A DNA stretch of 64,000 bases from an uncultured Verrucomicrobiota bacterium (GTDB lineage: Bacteria; Verrucomicrobiota; Verrucomicrobiia; Limisphaerales; UBA9464): contig CAIWVP010000175.1 in NCBI GenBank assembly GCA_903916195.1, forward strand, positions 19,756 to 83,755, given 5' to 3'. Position 1 is the stretch's first letter. Every line of letters starts with the position of its first letter. The notes beneath the pieces were generated by a model. It was not told where the DNA came from. It saw nothing but the letters and a program-made list of their open reading frames with translations, and did not search any database. Positions 9,079 to 21,400 of the stretch are shown piece after piece. Both the position numbers and the translations under genes were made by a program.

Positions 9079-9341
9079 CGGCTCTAAGTATTGTGTCTTC
9101 TTTTCAAGAAGAAAGCCATTAGTAGGGGGTGTGGATAACACGCACAACTGCCGGTTGTGGCCATGCCGGCTTGGGCGGGACGAGGTTCGGCGATCGTGGA
9201 TAGCTTGGCCAAGAACCCCCTTCCGACTGTGGATGACCCGGACGAGGGGAGTTGTTGGGTGGTTATCCGGTGGCTCCGGGAGGTTATCCACAGGGTTGGT
9301 GGGCAAAACTCCGGCTAGCTCACCGGCCTTCGGCCGGTAGG
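9079..9341. promoter_or_regulatory. DnaA-box cluster plus AT-rich tract (dnaN promoter and/or candidate oriC)
   Basis: Two perfect boxes: TGTGGATAA at 9130-9138 (reverse) and TTATCCACA at 9284-9292 (forward). Weaker boxes: 8/9 TGTGGATGA at 9228-9236, 7/9 CGTGGATAG at 9195-9203 and 6/9 TTATCCGGT at 9263-9271. The tract at about 9085-9125 is roughly one-third G+C. Confidence 0.6.
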
Positions 9342-11135
9342 ATGCGCCCCATGAAACGGCTTTCGACGCTCTGGTTCGGATTCCTGCTGGCTTTCGCTGC
9401 CGGTGCGGCGACGCCGTTGCAAGAGCGAGCGGACCGGTTCTTGGCGGTGGTGAACGCGGGTTTCCAAGCGCTTTACCGGGTCAACAGCGAGGCCCAGTGG
9501 GCGGCGGCGACCGACGTGAAGCCGGTCAACGACGCGGCCAGCGAGGCTGCGGGAAAGGCGTACGCGGCGTTCAACGGGAATCCGGCCATCATCAGCGAGG
9601 CGAAGGCACTTTTGGCGCAGCGTTTGGAGCTGACCGAGCTACAGGTGCGGCAACTGGAGAGGGCGCTGCTCAATGCGGCGGAGGGCCCGATGACCGATCC
9701 GGACCTGGTGAACCGCCGCATCACCGCGGAGACGGCGCAAAATTCGGCCCTGAACGGGTTCCAGTTCCGGCTCCGTGGGAGCAACGTTGTCGCTAACGAC
9801 CTCGACCGGGTGCTCTCAAAGGTGACCGATCTGGCGGAACGGCGAGCCGCTTGGGAGGCATCGAAGCTGACCGGTCCGGCTCTCAAGCCCGGATTGGTCA
9901 AGTTGCAGGGCTTGCGCAACGGCGTCGCCCGGGAACTGGGCCATTCCAACTACTTTTCCCTCCAGGTGGCCGGCTACGGGATGACGGCGGACGAGATGCT
10001 GAAGCTGAACGACGAATTCCTGCTGGAATTGCGGCCGCTTTACCTCCAGCTGCACACGTGGGCGAAGCACAAGTTGGCGGCGAAGTACGGCCAACCGGTG
10101 CCGGACCGTATCCCGGCGCATTGGATCAACAACCGGTGGTCGCAGGAATGGGGCGGTCTGGTCGAAGCGGCCTCGCTCGACCGGTTTTTCACGAACCGGA
10201 CACCGGAAAGCATCACCAAGACCGCGGAGCAGTTCTACGTCGGCCTCGGATTCCCGCTCTTGCCGAAGACCTTCTGGTCGCGATCGGACCTCTTCCCGGC
10301 GGCAGAAGGCTCGGGTCGGCTCAAGAATTCCCACGCCTCGTGCTGGCACGTGGACCTGAAGGACGACATCCGCTCGTTGATGAGCGTGGAAGCGAACCCG
10401 TGGTGGTTCTACACGGCGCACCATGAGCTTGGGCATGGCTACTACTTCATGGCGTACACAAGGTCGGAGGTGCCGCCGTTGCTCCGGACCGGCGCGAACC
10501 CGGCCTTCCACGAAGGCATCGGCGAGCAGATCGCGTTGGCTGCGGGGCAGACGCCGTACCTGAAGACGGTGGGCGTGTTGCCGGCCGATTATCAGGAGGA
10601 CCAGACGGCGACGCTGTTGGAGACCGCTTTGAGCCACGCGGTTCCGTTCTTGTTCTGGGCGAGCGGCACGATGACCCACTGGGAGCACGACCTGTACGCG
10701 AAGGATCTGCCGGCGTCGGAGTACAACGCGCGCTGGTGGCGGTATGTCGCGGATTTCCAGGGCGTGGAACCGCCGGCCGGCCCCGGGACGCGCGGCGAGG
10801 AGTTCTGCGACGCAGCCACGAAGACGCACATCAACGACAATCCCGCCTACTACTACAGCTACGCCATCGCGACGGTGCAGAAGTTCCAGATCCACGACCA
10901 TATCGCCCGGCGGATCCTTCATCAGCCGCCGCAGTCCTGCGACTACGCCGGCAACAAGGAAGTGGGTGATTTCCTGAAGAAGTTCCTCTCCGTCGGAGCG
11001 ACCCGTGATTGGCGGCAATTGCTGCGCGAGGCGACCGGCGAGGACCTGAGCACGCGGGCCATGAAGGAATACTTCGCACCGCTGCAGAAGTGGCTGGAGA
11101 AGGAGAACGCCGGCCGGAAAATCGGATGGGAGTGA
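9342..11135 (+). CDS. peptidase family M2 (angiotensin-converting-enzyme-like peptidyl-dipeptidase)
   Basis: Signal peptide, zinc motif TAHHELGHGYY plus downstream HEGIGE, and overall ACE-like length and sequence. Confidence 0.8.
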   Translation: MRPMKRLSTLWFGFLLAFAAGAATPLQERADRFLAVVNAGFQALYRVNSEAQWAAATDVKPVNDAASEAAGKAYAAFNGNPAIISEAKALLAQRLELTELQVRQLERALLNAAEGPMTDPDLVNRRITAETAQNSALNGFQFRLRGSNVVANDLDRVLSKVTDLAERRAAWEASKLTGPALKPGLVKLQGLRNGVARELGHSNYFSLQVAGYGMTADEMLKLNDEFLLELRPLYLQLHTWAKHKLAAKYGQPVPDRIPAHWINNRWSQEWGGLVEAASLDRFFTNRTPESITKTAEQFYVGLGFPLLPKTFWSRSDLFPAAEGSGRLKNSHASCWHVDLKDDIRSLMSVEANPWWFYTAHHELGHGYYFMAYTRSEVPPLLRTGANPAFHEGIGEQIALAAGQTPYLKTVGVLPADYQEDQTATLLETALSHAVPFLFWASGTMTHWEHDLYAKDLPASEYNARWWRYVADFQGVEPPAGPGTRGEEFCDAATKTHINDNPAYYYSYAIATVQKFQIHDHIARRILHQPPQSCDYAGNKEVGDFLKKFLSVGATRDWRQLLREATGEDLSTRAMKEYFAPLQKWLEKENAGRKIGWE

Positions 11136-11210
11136 ACAGCGGGCCTTACCGGTGCCGAAGGACACCCCCACAGAAGCAGCTCCCGACAAAGACAGTATCT
11201 TCGAGAGGCT

Positions 11211-11350
11211 TTGGAGCGCAACGGGAGGCGACAGGGCTTCGATCTCTTCAAAGGAGGGGTGGCTGAAGAAAAACGGACACGCGGCCTGCTGCTGGCGAAA
11301 ACGGTGTCGGCGTTTCACCCTGCCATCGCACTCCAAGACGCAGGCGCGAC
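11211..11350. repeat. diverged REP-like inverted doublet (REPIN-like)
   Basis: Forward TTGGAGCGCAACGGGAGGCGACAGGG begins at 11211. The inverted copy ends ...CCCTGCCATCGCACTCCAA at 11336. The tail CGCACTCCAAGACGC[A]GGCGCGA nearly matches the tail after the 7236-7265 REP (CGCACTCCAAGACGC[T]GGCGCGA). Confidence 0.5.
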
Positions 11351-11404
11351 CACGCCGGCGTCTCGTGCTTTCGGAGCGTGGATGCCTTCATCCGCGTTCG
11401 ATCG

Positions 11405-13579
<2,175 letters not shown>

Positions 13580-13718
13580 GGGCCGAGTGTGCGCCGCGCC
13601 GCGGTCGCCGCAACCGGCTTGTTGCCCTGGTGCCCCGATCGACGTGATCGAACTGCTCGTCCGCCCGTCGTCCGTGTCGTACCTTCGGTCCCGGCGGCGC
13701 GTCCTGCGCGGCCCAACT

Positions 13719-14357
13719 ATGCGCATCATCGGTGGAGAAGCGGCCGGTCGGATCGTCCATGTGCCCGAAGGGCTCGGCGTCCGACCCATGCCCGACAAGG
13801 TGAAGCTCGCGGTCTTCAACTCGCTCGGCGGGTTCGTGGACGGCGCGCGCGTGCTCGATCTCTTCTCCGGCACCGGCGCGCTTGGCCATGAGTGCCTCAG
13901 CCGCGGCGCCGTCTTGCTCCATAGCGTCGAGAAATCCGACAAGCACGCGCGCTTCTACCGCCGCAACCTCGTCGCCGCCGGTCTTTCCGCGACCGCGGTC
14001 GAGCTGCGCGTGGACGACGTCTTCAGCGCCGTGCCGCAGCTCGCGGCCGCGGGCCGGCTCTTCGACCTGGTGATCGCCGATCCGCCCTACGGCGAGAAGA
14101 ACGTCGGGCGCCGTTCCACCTCGCTCGCGCAACGCCTGCTCGACCAGCCGGACCTGCCGCGTCTCCTCGCGCCCGGCGCGCTGTTCATCCTCGGCCACAC
14201 CAAGCGCGATACGCTCGACATCCCGCCCGCTTGGAAGGAACGCAAGATGCTCAAGCACGGCGACACGGTGATCCGCTTCTTCAAACCTGCCGGAGCGGTG
14301 GATCCCGTGGAGATCGTCGAACCCGAGCCGTCCGAAGGGGAACCGACCGAGCCATGA
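13719..14357 (+). CDS. rsmD: 16S rRNA (guanine966-N2)-methyltransferase
   Basis: Reads MRIIGGEAAGR...RPMPDKVKLAVFNSL...VLDLFSGTGALGHECLSRGA...VIADPPY. Confidence 0.8.
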   Translation: MRIIGGEAAGRIVHVPEGLGVRPMPDKVKLAVFNSLGGFVDGARVLDLFSGTGALGHECLSRGAVLLHSVEKSDKHARFYRRNLVAAGLSATAVELRVDDVFSAVPQLAAAGRLFDLVIADPPYGEKNVGRRSTSLAQRLLDQPDLPRLLAPGALFILGHTKRDTLDIPPAWKERKMLKHGDTVIRFFKPAGAVDPVEIVEPEPSEGEPTEP

Positions 14358-15307
14358 AGACGTTCCTTTCGTGGCTCGGGTCCGTCGTGCTGTCGGTGTC
14401 CGCCATCGCGGCCGACGCGACATCGGTCGGCGCACCCGGGACCCCGTCCGCCGTGACCCTCCAGGCGCTGGTCGATCGTGCGGCGCAGCAGACCGTGGAG
14501 AAGTTCTCCGGCATCGGCCTGAAGGCGGATGAACTGGCGGTGACGTTGGTCGACCTGACCGATCCGGCCGCTTCTGCCCAGGCGAGCTTCCGCGGATCGG
14601 AACCGATCTATCCGGCCAGCGTGGTGAAGCTGTTCTACCTCGTCGCTGCCCATCGTTGGCTCGAGGATGGCCGCCTCACCGACACCCCGGAGCTCCGCCG
14701 CGCGCTGAGCGATATGGTCGTGGAATCCTACAACGAGGCGACCCACTACGTGGTCGACGTGCTGACCGGCACGACCAGCGGGCCCGAGTTGCCGGAGACC
14801 GAGCTCGCGGTGTGGCAGGAGAAACGCGGCGCGGTGAACCGCTACTTCCGCGGCCTCGGCTACACGGGCATCAACGCCGACAAGAAGCCGTGGTGCGAAG
14901 GTCCCTACGGCCGGGAGGTGCAGGTGATCCGGGCGTCCAAGCCGGACCGCAACCAGCTCACCACCGACGCCACTGCGCGCCTCTTGGCCGAGATCGCAAC
15001 CGGCACCGCCGTCTCCGCGAAGCGCTGCGCGGAGATGCGCGAGCTGTTGGTGCGGGATATCCACGGCGCGGTGAAGGATCCGGAGGACCAGACCCACGGG
15101 TTCACCGGCATCGCCTTGAAGGAGATCCCCGGGTCGAAGGTCTGGTCGAAGGCCGGCTGGACCAGCCAGACCCGCCATGACGCGGCCTACGTGGAGCTGG
15201 CGGACGGCCGGAAGTTCGTCCTGGTCACCTTCACCACCGGCCACGCGGACGAGCGCGGTATCATCCCCGCGGTCGCGCGGACGGTCATCGCTGGTCTGCG
15301 CCGGTAG
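14354..15307 (+). CDS. secreted class A beta-lactamase-related serine hydrolase
   Basis: Signal peptide, SxxK motif (ASVVK) and a KTG-like KAGWT. The ATGA start overlaps the rsmD stop. Confidence 0.6.
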   Translation: MKTFLSWLGSVVLSVSAIAADATSVGAPGTPSAVTLQALVDRAAQQTVEKFSGIGLKADELAVTLVDLTDPAASAQASFRGSEPIYPASVVKLFYLVAAHRWLEDGRLTDTPELRRALSDMVVESYNEATHYVVDVLTGTTSGPELPETELAVWQEKRGAVNRYFRGLGYTGINADKKPWCEGPYGREVQVIRASKPDRNQLTTDATARLLAEIATGTAVSAKRCAEMRELLVRDIHGAVKDPEDQTHGFTGIALKEIPGSKVWSKAGWTSQTRHDAAYVELADGRKFVLVTFTTGHADERGIIPAVARTVIAGLRR

Positions 15308-15310
15308 CGC

Positions 15311-16402
15311 TCACGGCACGCGGATCCTGTCGATGCGCTTCGGATCTGCGACGCCCAGCTCGATGAGCTCGGCGTTGGTGTAGAGCTCGGTGATGAACTT
15401 CTTCTCGCCTTCCACCTTCGCCGCCTCGCGGAAGCGCTGCACGTCGGCGAGAGCGAGCACGTCCAGAGCGACCGCGTCCTTGCTGAAACGGAGTTCGTCC
15501 AGCGCGACCGCGTAGTGGAGCAGCGTCAGCTCCTCGCCGCGGTACTGGCAGAGCAGCGCGTCACCCACGGCGAAGGCGAGCTTGGGCAGGACGTCGTCGA
15601 GCGCGCAGATGTCGGGTGCGGCTTCGGCGAGGCGGACAGCATCGTTCGCGAAACGCAGCGTGTTGTCGGTGCTCGCCCATGCGAGGCCTGCGATATGGCC
15701 GTTCACGCCGGAGACGTTGTGGCTGAGCACCGGCGCGACGGAGACGATCTTGGTGATGTCGTGGGTGAGCAGCTTTGTGACGTAGGACCGGCGGCCGGTG
15801 CCCTCGTTCTCCTTCTTGCCGAAATCCCGGTCACCCGCGACCAGCCGGCCGATGAGCGGCGATTCATACGAGCGGTCGCCGTCCCAACCGGCGTCCTCGC
15901 TGGCGACGCAGCGGACACCGAGCTCTTGCGCGAGCCGCGACCAACCGGCGGCGCGGAGATCGAGATCGCGCTTGTCCCAGATGACGATGTTCGAGGGCGC
16001 GTGGCCCGATGTGATCAGGCCCTCGATCAGCGGCCGCACCACCGCCGGTCGCGTGCCGCTCACCGCACCCGGCGCCGCGGTCACCTTGAAGCCGACGACA
16101 TCGCCCGGCGCGACGAGCGACCTCCATGCAGCATCGGCGGTCGGTTTGCCGGTCAAGCCGAGCAGGCCGTTCTCGACCATCCTTCGCACGACATCCGGGG
16201 CCGGTGCGAAAGCCGAGGTGGCCGCCGGATCGTGCGCCACGATGACGCGGGCTCGGGCGGTGTTCGTGGAGGACGCCGGCGGGGTCGGTGGCGCGGCTGG
16301 ATCCGGAGCGGCATCCGCCGACCGCGGCAACAGCACCAGCACGGACACGAGCACGAAGAAGAGGGTGGATTGGCGTGGCATCATCCGGACGGCCCGCAGC
16401 AT
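15311..16402 (-). CDS. DUF362 domain protein (secreted)
   Basis: Signal peptide. VGFKV...IVIWDK...SYVTKLL...KIVSVAPVLSHNVSGV resembles DUF362. The exact start is uncertain. Confidence 0.5.
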   Translation of the reverse strand: MLRAVRMMPRQSTLFFVLVSVLVLLPRSADAAPDPAAPPTPPASSTNTARARVIVAHDPAATSAFAPAPDVVRRMVENGLLGLTGKPTADAAWRSLVAPGDVVGFKVTAAPGAVSGTRPAVVRPLIEGLITSGHAPSNIVIWDKRDLDLRAAGWSRLAQELGVRCVASEDAGWDGDRSYESPLIGRLVAGDRDFGKKENEGTGRRSYVTKLLTHDITKIVSVAPVLSHNVSGVNGHIAGLAWASTDNTLRFANDAVRLAEAAPDICALDDVLPKLAFAVGDALLCQYRGEELTLLHYAVALDELRFSKDAVALDVLALADVQRFREAAKVEGEKKFITELYTNAELIELGVADPKRIDRIRVP

Positions 16403-16512
16403 GGCGTGCCCGGGCTCCAGACGCCAAGGACCGTGTCGGCGTTCAAGCGGAACGCCGGCTCCGGCGGCGCGTTCCTTGACGGGGCACCCGTCACCCGATT
16501 ACCACGCGTCCG

Positions 16513-18483
16513 ATGTCGCGATCGTCCTCGGTGCGGGCCGCTTTCTTGGCCGCAGTCCTCTTCACCGCCGGCTGCCAGCCGCACGGGCCCGAGGCGTTGC
16601 GCCGTGGCGACGAGCTGCTTCGCGCCGGCAAGGCGACCGAAGCCGTCCCGATGCTCGAACGCGCCGCGACCGAGCTCTCCGAGGACCCGAGGGCATGGAA
16701 CTTCCTGGGCCTCGCCTATCACGCTGCCGGACGTCCTGCCGAAGCGCAGAAGGCCTACCTCCGGGCGCTGCGCGAGAACCGCGATTTCTTCGACGCCCAT
16801 TACAATCTTGGCGCGCTGTGCGTCGAACAGGGCGAATGGGCCGAGGCGGAACGCTCGCTCCGCACCTTCCTTGCGCCCGATTCCAACCACGGCCATCCCG
16901 CTGCGAACCATCTGCTCGGACAAGCCCAGCTCCAGCTCCGCAAATATGAAGACGCCGAGCGCAGCCTCGCCATCGCCGTGAAGCTCGCGCCGAAGGACGC
17001 CGACGTCTGGAACGACCTCGGTCTCGTCCAGAGCGGGAAGCGGCGCTTCGCCAACGCCCGGCAATACTTCGCATGGGCGGTCAAGCTCGACCCGCGTCAT
17101 GCCGCTTCCCGGCTCAACCTCGCCGTCACCGCCCAGCAACTCGGCGACAAACGAGGCGCGCTCCAGACCTATCGCGAGTATCTCGCCCTCGTACCGGCCG
17201 CGCCCGATGCCGAGGGGATCCGTGCGGTCATCCGGCAGCTGGAAGCCCAGACCGGTGGCGCGCCGCTGCCACCGGTCCTCACCAACGCTCCCGGCGCGGT
17301 GAAGGTCGTCACCAACCTCGTGCCGCGACCCGCGGCCATCGCCACCAACTCCGTTCCCAAGACTGCCCTGCCCGCTGCTCAGCCCGCTCCGGCCAAGCCC
17401 ATCGTCGAGCCGCGACCCGCACCGGTCAAAATCATCGAACGCGCCGCCGCCAATCCTGTGAACGCCCCGCCGGCGGCGCCGTCCATCGCGGCGGCTGGCC
17501 CGTCAGTGGCGTCAGCCAAGCCGACCGTGGCGGCGCCGGTGCCCGAAGTCGTCCGCGTCGAAGAAGCCCCGGCGCTCCGACCTGCCCGCGATGAGATCCC
17601 GCTCAAGAACGCCCCTTCCGTTCCCGTCGTCGTCGCCGTCGCCGCGCCTGCCCTCGCCAAGCCGGATCCTGTCGATAGCAACCCTTCGGACATCGTCGAC
17701 GACCTGCCCGGAAACGATGGGACCACCGGGGACCGGTCTGAGCCGGGTCGCCGTACATTCTGGACGCGCGTCAACCCGGTGAGCTGGGGCAATCCGGTGA
17801 AGTGGTTCGGCAGCGGACCCAAGCCAGAGAAGCCCGTGACCGTCTTGCGCTCGGTGACCTACCGGCCCGCCACGGCCTCGAAGACGCTCCCGATCCCGGC
17901 GACTGCGACGGCGACGCCTATCGCGGCCGCGGTCAAGCCTTCTGCCGCCGTCGTGTCGGCGAAGCCCGCCTTCCCGCGCTATGTCCGCCGGGCGCCGGCT
18001 TCTCTGCCCGCGGGAAAACGGACGGAAGCCGAACGGTTCTTCGGCACCGCCATCGTCGCGCACGACCGGCACGACCTCGCGGATGCGCTCGTGCTCTACC
18101 AGCACGCGGTCGAGCTCGATCCGAGCTATCTCGCCGCGCACCACAATCTCGCGCTCGTCGCGATGGAGGAAGGCGATGTGCAACGGGCGCTGCTGGCCGC
18201 TGAATGCGCGACGCGCATCGATCCAGGTTCGGTGCCGGCGTTGCGTGTCTTCGCTGCGGCACTCCAACGCGGCGGCTTTCCTGTCGACGCGGCGGAGCAG
18301 CTCAACCGCCTGGTCGGCGTGGATCCGTCCGATGTGGCGGCACACCTCTCCTTGGCCGGCCTCAAGGCCGGGCCCCTCGGTGATCCGGGGTCGGCCCGGA
18401 GCCACTACGAACGCGTGCTCGCGCTGGATCCCCGGCATCCCCAGGCGTCGGCGATCCGCGTGTGGCTCTCCTCGAACCCGTGA
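16513..18483 (+). CDS. TPR-repeat lipoprotein with a long Pro/Ala-rich linker
   Basis: Lipobox LFTAGC, TPR repeats at both ends (AWNFLGLAYHAAGRPAEA...) and a central low-complexity region of about 250 aa rich in P and A. Confidence 0.7.
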   Translation: MSRSSSVRAAFLAAVLFTAGCQPHGPEALRRGDELLRAGKATEAVPMLERAATELSEDPRAWNFLGLAYHAAGRPAEAQKAYLRALRENRDFFDAHYNLGALCVEQGEWAEAERSLRTFLAPDSNHGHPAANHLLGQAQLQLRKYEDAERSLAIAVKLAPKDADVWNDLGLVQSGKRRFANARQYFAWAVKLDPRHAASRLNLAVTAQQLGDKRGALQTYREYLALVPAAPDAEGIRAVIRQLEAQTGGAPLPPVLTNAPGAVKVVTNLVPRPAAIATNSVPKTALPAAQPAPAKPIVEPRPAPVKIIERAAANPVNAPPAAPSIAAAGPSVASAKPTVAAPVPEVVRVEEAPALRPARDEIPLKNAPSVPVVVAVAAPALAKPDPVDSNPSDIVDDLPGNDGTTGDRSEPGRRTFWTRVNPVSWGNPVKWFGSGPKPEKPVTVLRSVTYRPATASKTLPIPATATATPIAAAVKPSAAVVSAKPAFPRYVRRAPASLPAGKRTEAERFFGTAIVAHDRHDLADALVLYQHAVELDPSYLAAHHNLALVAMEEGDVQRALLAAECATRIDPGSVPALRVFAAALQRGGFPVDAAEQLNRLVGVDPSDVAAHLSLAGLKAGPLGDPGSARSHYERVLALDPRHPQASAIRVWLSSNP

Positions 18484-18492
18484 ACCGGCGGC

Positions 18493-21400
18493 TCACGGAG
18501 TCACCACCACGCGGAAGAAGTAGGGCAGCCGCGGATCGAGCGCCGGCAACGTCACCGACAACGGCCCGCCGGTCGCGCGGGTGAGGTCGCTGACCCGGAC
18601 CCACGCGAGCAGGTCGTTGCTCGTTTCCAGCGCGTACGTACGGCCGGTCGCGGCGTCCCAAGTGAACCGCACCGTCCCGTTCAGCAGCGTCTCCGGCAGG
18701 GAGACGCGGAGGCGGCTCGCGGCGTCCTTCGGCGATGTCCCGGCATGCCATTCCTCGATGTCGGTCGCTCCGTCGCCGTCGCTGTCGACGAGCCCGTTGT
18801 AGCCGGCGCCCACCGCTCCGAAGAACCACTGTTCCCACGCGTCGCTGATACCGTTCTTGTTCACATCTGCGAACGTGTAGGTGCCGGTGAAGGTCAGTGC
18901 GTTGGTCGAGTCGCCCAGCACGTTGGTCCGGGTCGCGGGCGTCGTGTAGAACGGGACCGGTCGCCAGGTGACCACGTAGATCCCGGGCGGGACGTTGGTG
19001 CGGAAGGCGGTGCCGACGCCTTCGATGACGTTGTTGGTGGGGCCGGACAGCGTGAAAGCGGCCTGCGCGAGGTTGTTGTTCACCACCACCTCGGTGCTGG
19101 CGACGGTGTCCATGTCGACGTGCACGTCGTCGATCATCCAGCCGAGGCGGGCGGACGCGCTGAAGCTGAACAGCTGGTAGTTGAAGCGGAAGCGGACGAC
19201 CTTGCCGACGAAGCGCGTGAGGTCGACCTCGACCTGCTCCCATCCGGCCGAGGTCTCGTCGCTGGCGGTGTAGAGGTCTTTCCATGTGCCGCCGTTGTCG
19301 GTCGTCAGCGCGACCTGGGCGGCTTCGATCACGTAATCGCCGAACGGATCGTCCTCGTCGCCGGCGCCACCGGCGGCCGAGCTGAAGTCGTGGTTCTGCC
19401 AGAAGGTCAGCGTCGCCTTGTTGCCGCCGACGAGGCTGACGGACGGCGAGATGAGGTCGCTGATGGCGAAGTCGACCGCGTTGCCTCTGAGGTTCGTCGC
19501 CCAGACGTGGGTGCCGCTGTGGGCGGCGGCGCCGCGTCCGTTCACCGGCACGCCGAGATCCCATCCGCTGGCGACGAGATCGCCGCCGCCTTCGTCGTCG
19601 CCCGGGAGCGCCGCGCCGGTCCCGCCGCTGTCGTCGAGGACCACCCAGCCGGCCCGGCCTTTCTCCAGGTCGTCGGTCCACGGCGGTGTGATCGGCTTGA
19701 GCGTGCGGAAGGTGTGGAACTTCCCGCCGGCGCTGTCGGTCGTGATGTTGCCGGCGACGTCGCGGCTCACGACCTGGAAGAAGTACGGCTTGTCCGGCAA
19801 CAGGCCGGTGACCTGGACCTCGTGGTCGGTCGCCGATTCCGCGACGTAGGCGCTCCGGGTGAGGAAGGAATCATCGCCGCCGGATTCGCCGAAACGCACG
19901 AGCGCGTCGGCGGGTTTGTCGGTCGTCCAGGTGATCACCGCCTCGTTGTAGGCCGGGTCGACCGCGATGTCGGCGATGACGGGTTTCACGGTGTCCACCC
20001 GCGCGGTCACGGCCGATTCCACCTTCGCCGCGTCGACATAGGCGATGCGGACGATGTCGCCGTCTTTCGCCAGGTAGCGGGGCAGGGTGCCGGTGCCCTG
20101 GACATCGGTCAGGACGAACTGCCCGCGGAACACGCCGCGCCGGGCGGTCTCGGCGAGCGTGATGTCGACCGAGCCGGGCAGGCTGGTGGAGGTGAGTCTC
20201 GCCTTCACCTCGCCGGTGCCGGCACGGGCGCTGTCGGTGGCCTCCACGACGACCGACGACGGCACCGTGTAGGCCGGCGCATCGAAGGCGATGGTCGATC
20301 CGCCCGCGAGGTCCGGCGCGAGGAACCGGACGGCATCGGCGATCAGCGTGGTGCGGTTGTCCGGCGCGGGGCCATCGGCCGGGACGGCCTCCAGCGCGAA
20401 GGCGTTGAACACGACGCGGCCCTTGGCATCCTGGCCGGTCTTCGGGAAGCGGGATCCGACGACGCGGTCCCGCTCTTGCAAGAACACCGGTGCCGCATCG
20501 GATGCCACCGAGAGATGGTCCGCGACCGTGGTCCAATCGAGTCCGAGCAGTTCGATCACGAACCCGCTCGGGAACGCCCCGTAGTCGAGGTCCAACGCGA
20601 TGGCGCCGCCCACAGGATCGCCGGGAACGGCCTTGATCGAGTTGGCTCCCTGGTCTTCCTGGAAGCTCGCGACGTGCAGCACGCCGGAGATGAAGTTGGT
20701 CGCGCCCTTCTCCTTCAGCCGCGTGAGCAGGTCGCCGGAGCTGACGAACAAGGCGCCGCCTTCTTGCAGATAGCTCGTGATCGCTGTCGTGAGGCCCGGA
20801 GCCGGCGCGGAAAGCTCCTCGGGACGCCAGAGAACCAACCGGAACGCCCGCAGATCCGTGACGCCCGGGGGCCTGCCGACGACCCCGGTGTCCCAGACCT
20901 CGTAGTCCAGGCCGAGCGCGTCGAGCGGTGCGGTCCAGGTCTCGATCCCCGGATACGGCGTGTCGCCGAGCAACCCGCCCGGAGCGAAGAGCGTCTCGGG
21001 CGAGTAGACCAGCAGGGCGTTCGCCGGCTTGGGTCCGACGAAGCGGAAGAACCGGCCGCCGTTGTCGTTGGTGCTGCTGTTGCCCGCCGGATCAGCGCTG
21101 ACGATCCGGCAGAAGTACGTCTCGCCGCCGACGAGCTGCGGCAACGCGAGCGCATGCTGTGCGCGGAAAGAAACGTCGCTGACGAGGTTGGTGACCGCGT
21201 TGGTCGTGCCGAAGTAGACCCGCGAATCCGCGGGTTCTCCGGTGGTCCAGCGCACCGAGGTCCGGCCGAATCCGTTCGCGACGGCGACGTCCGAGATCAA
21301 CGGAGGTCGCGCGTCCACCTTGGCCACGGCCCGCCGTTCGCCGGCCGGCTGCGCGTCGACGTACACGACGGTGATCTCGTCGCCGTCGCCGGCCGAGAGC

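Noticed and set aside
9263-9271. A fifth DnaA box, TTATCCGGT
   Set aside because: It matches the consensus at only 6/9 positions. It is mentioned as context but not counted as evidence for the origin call.
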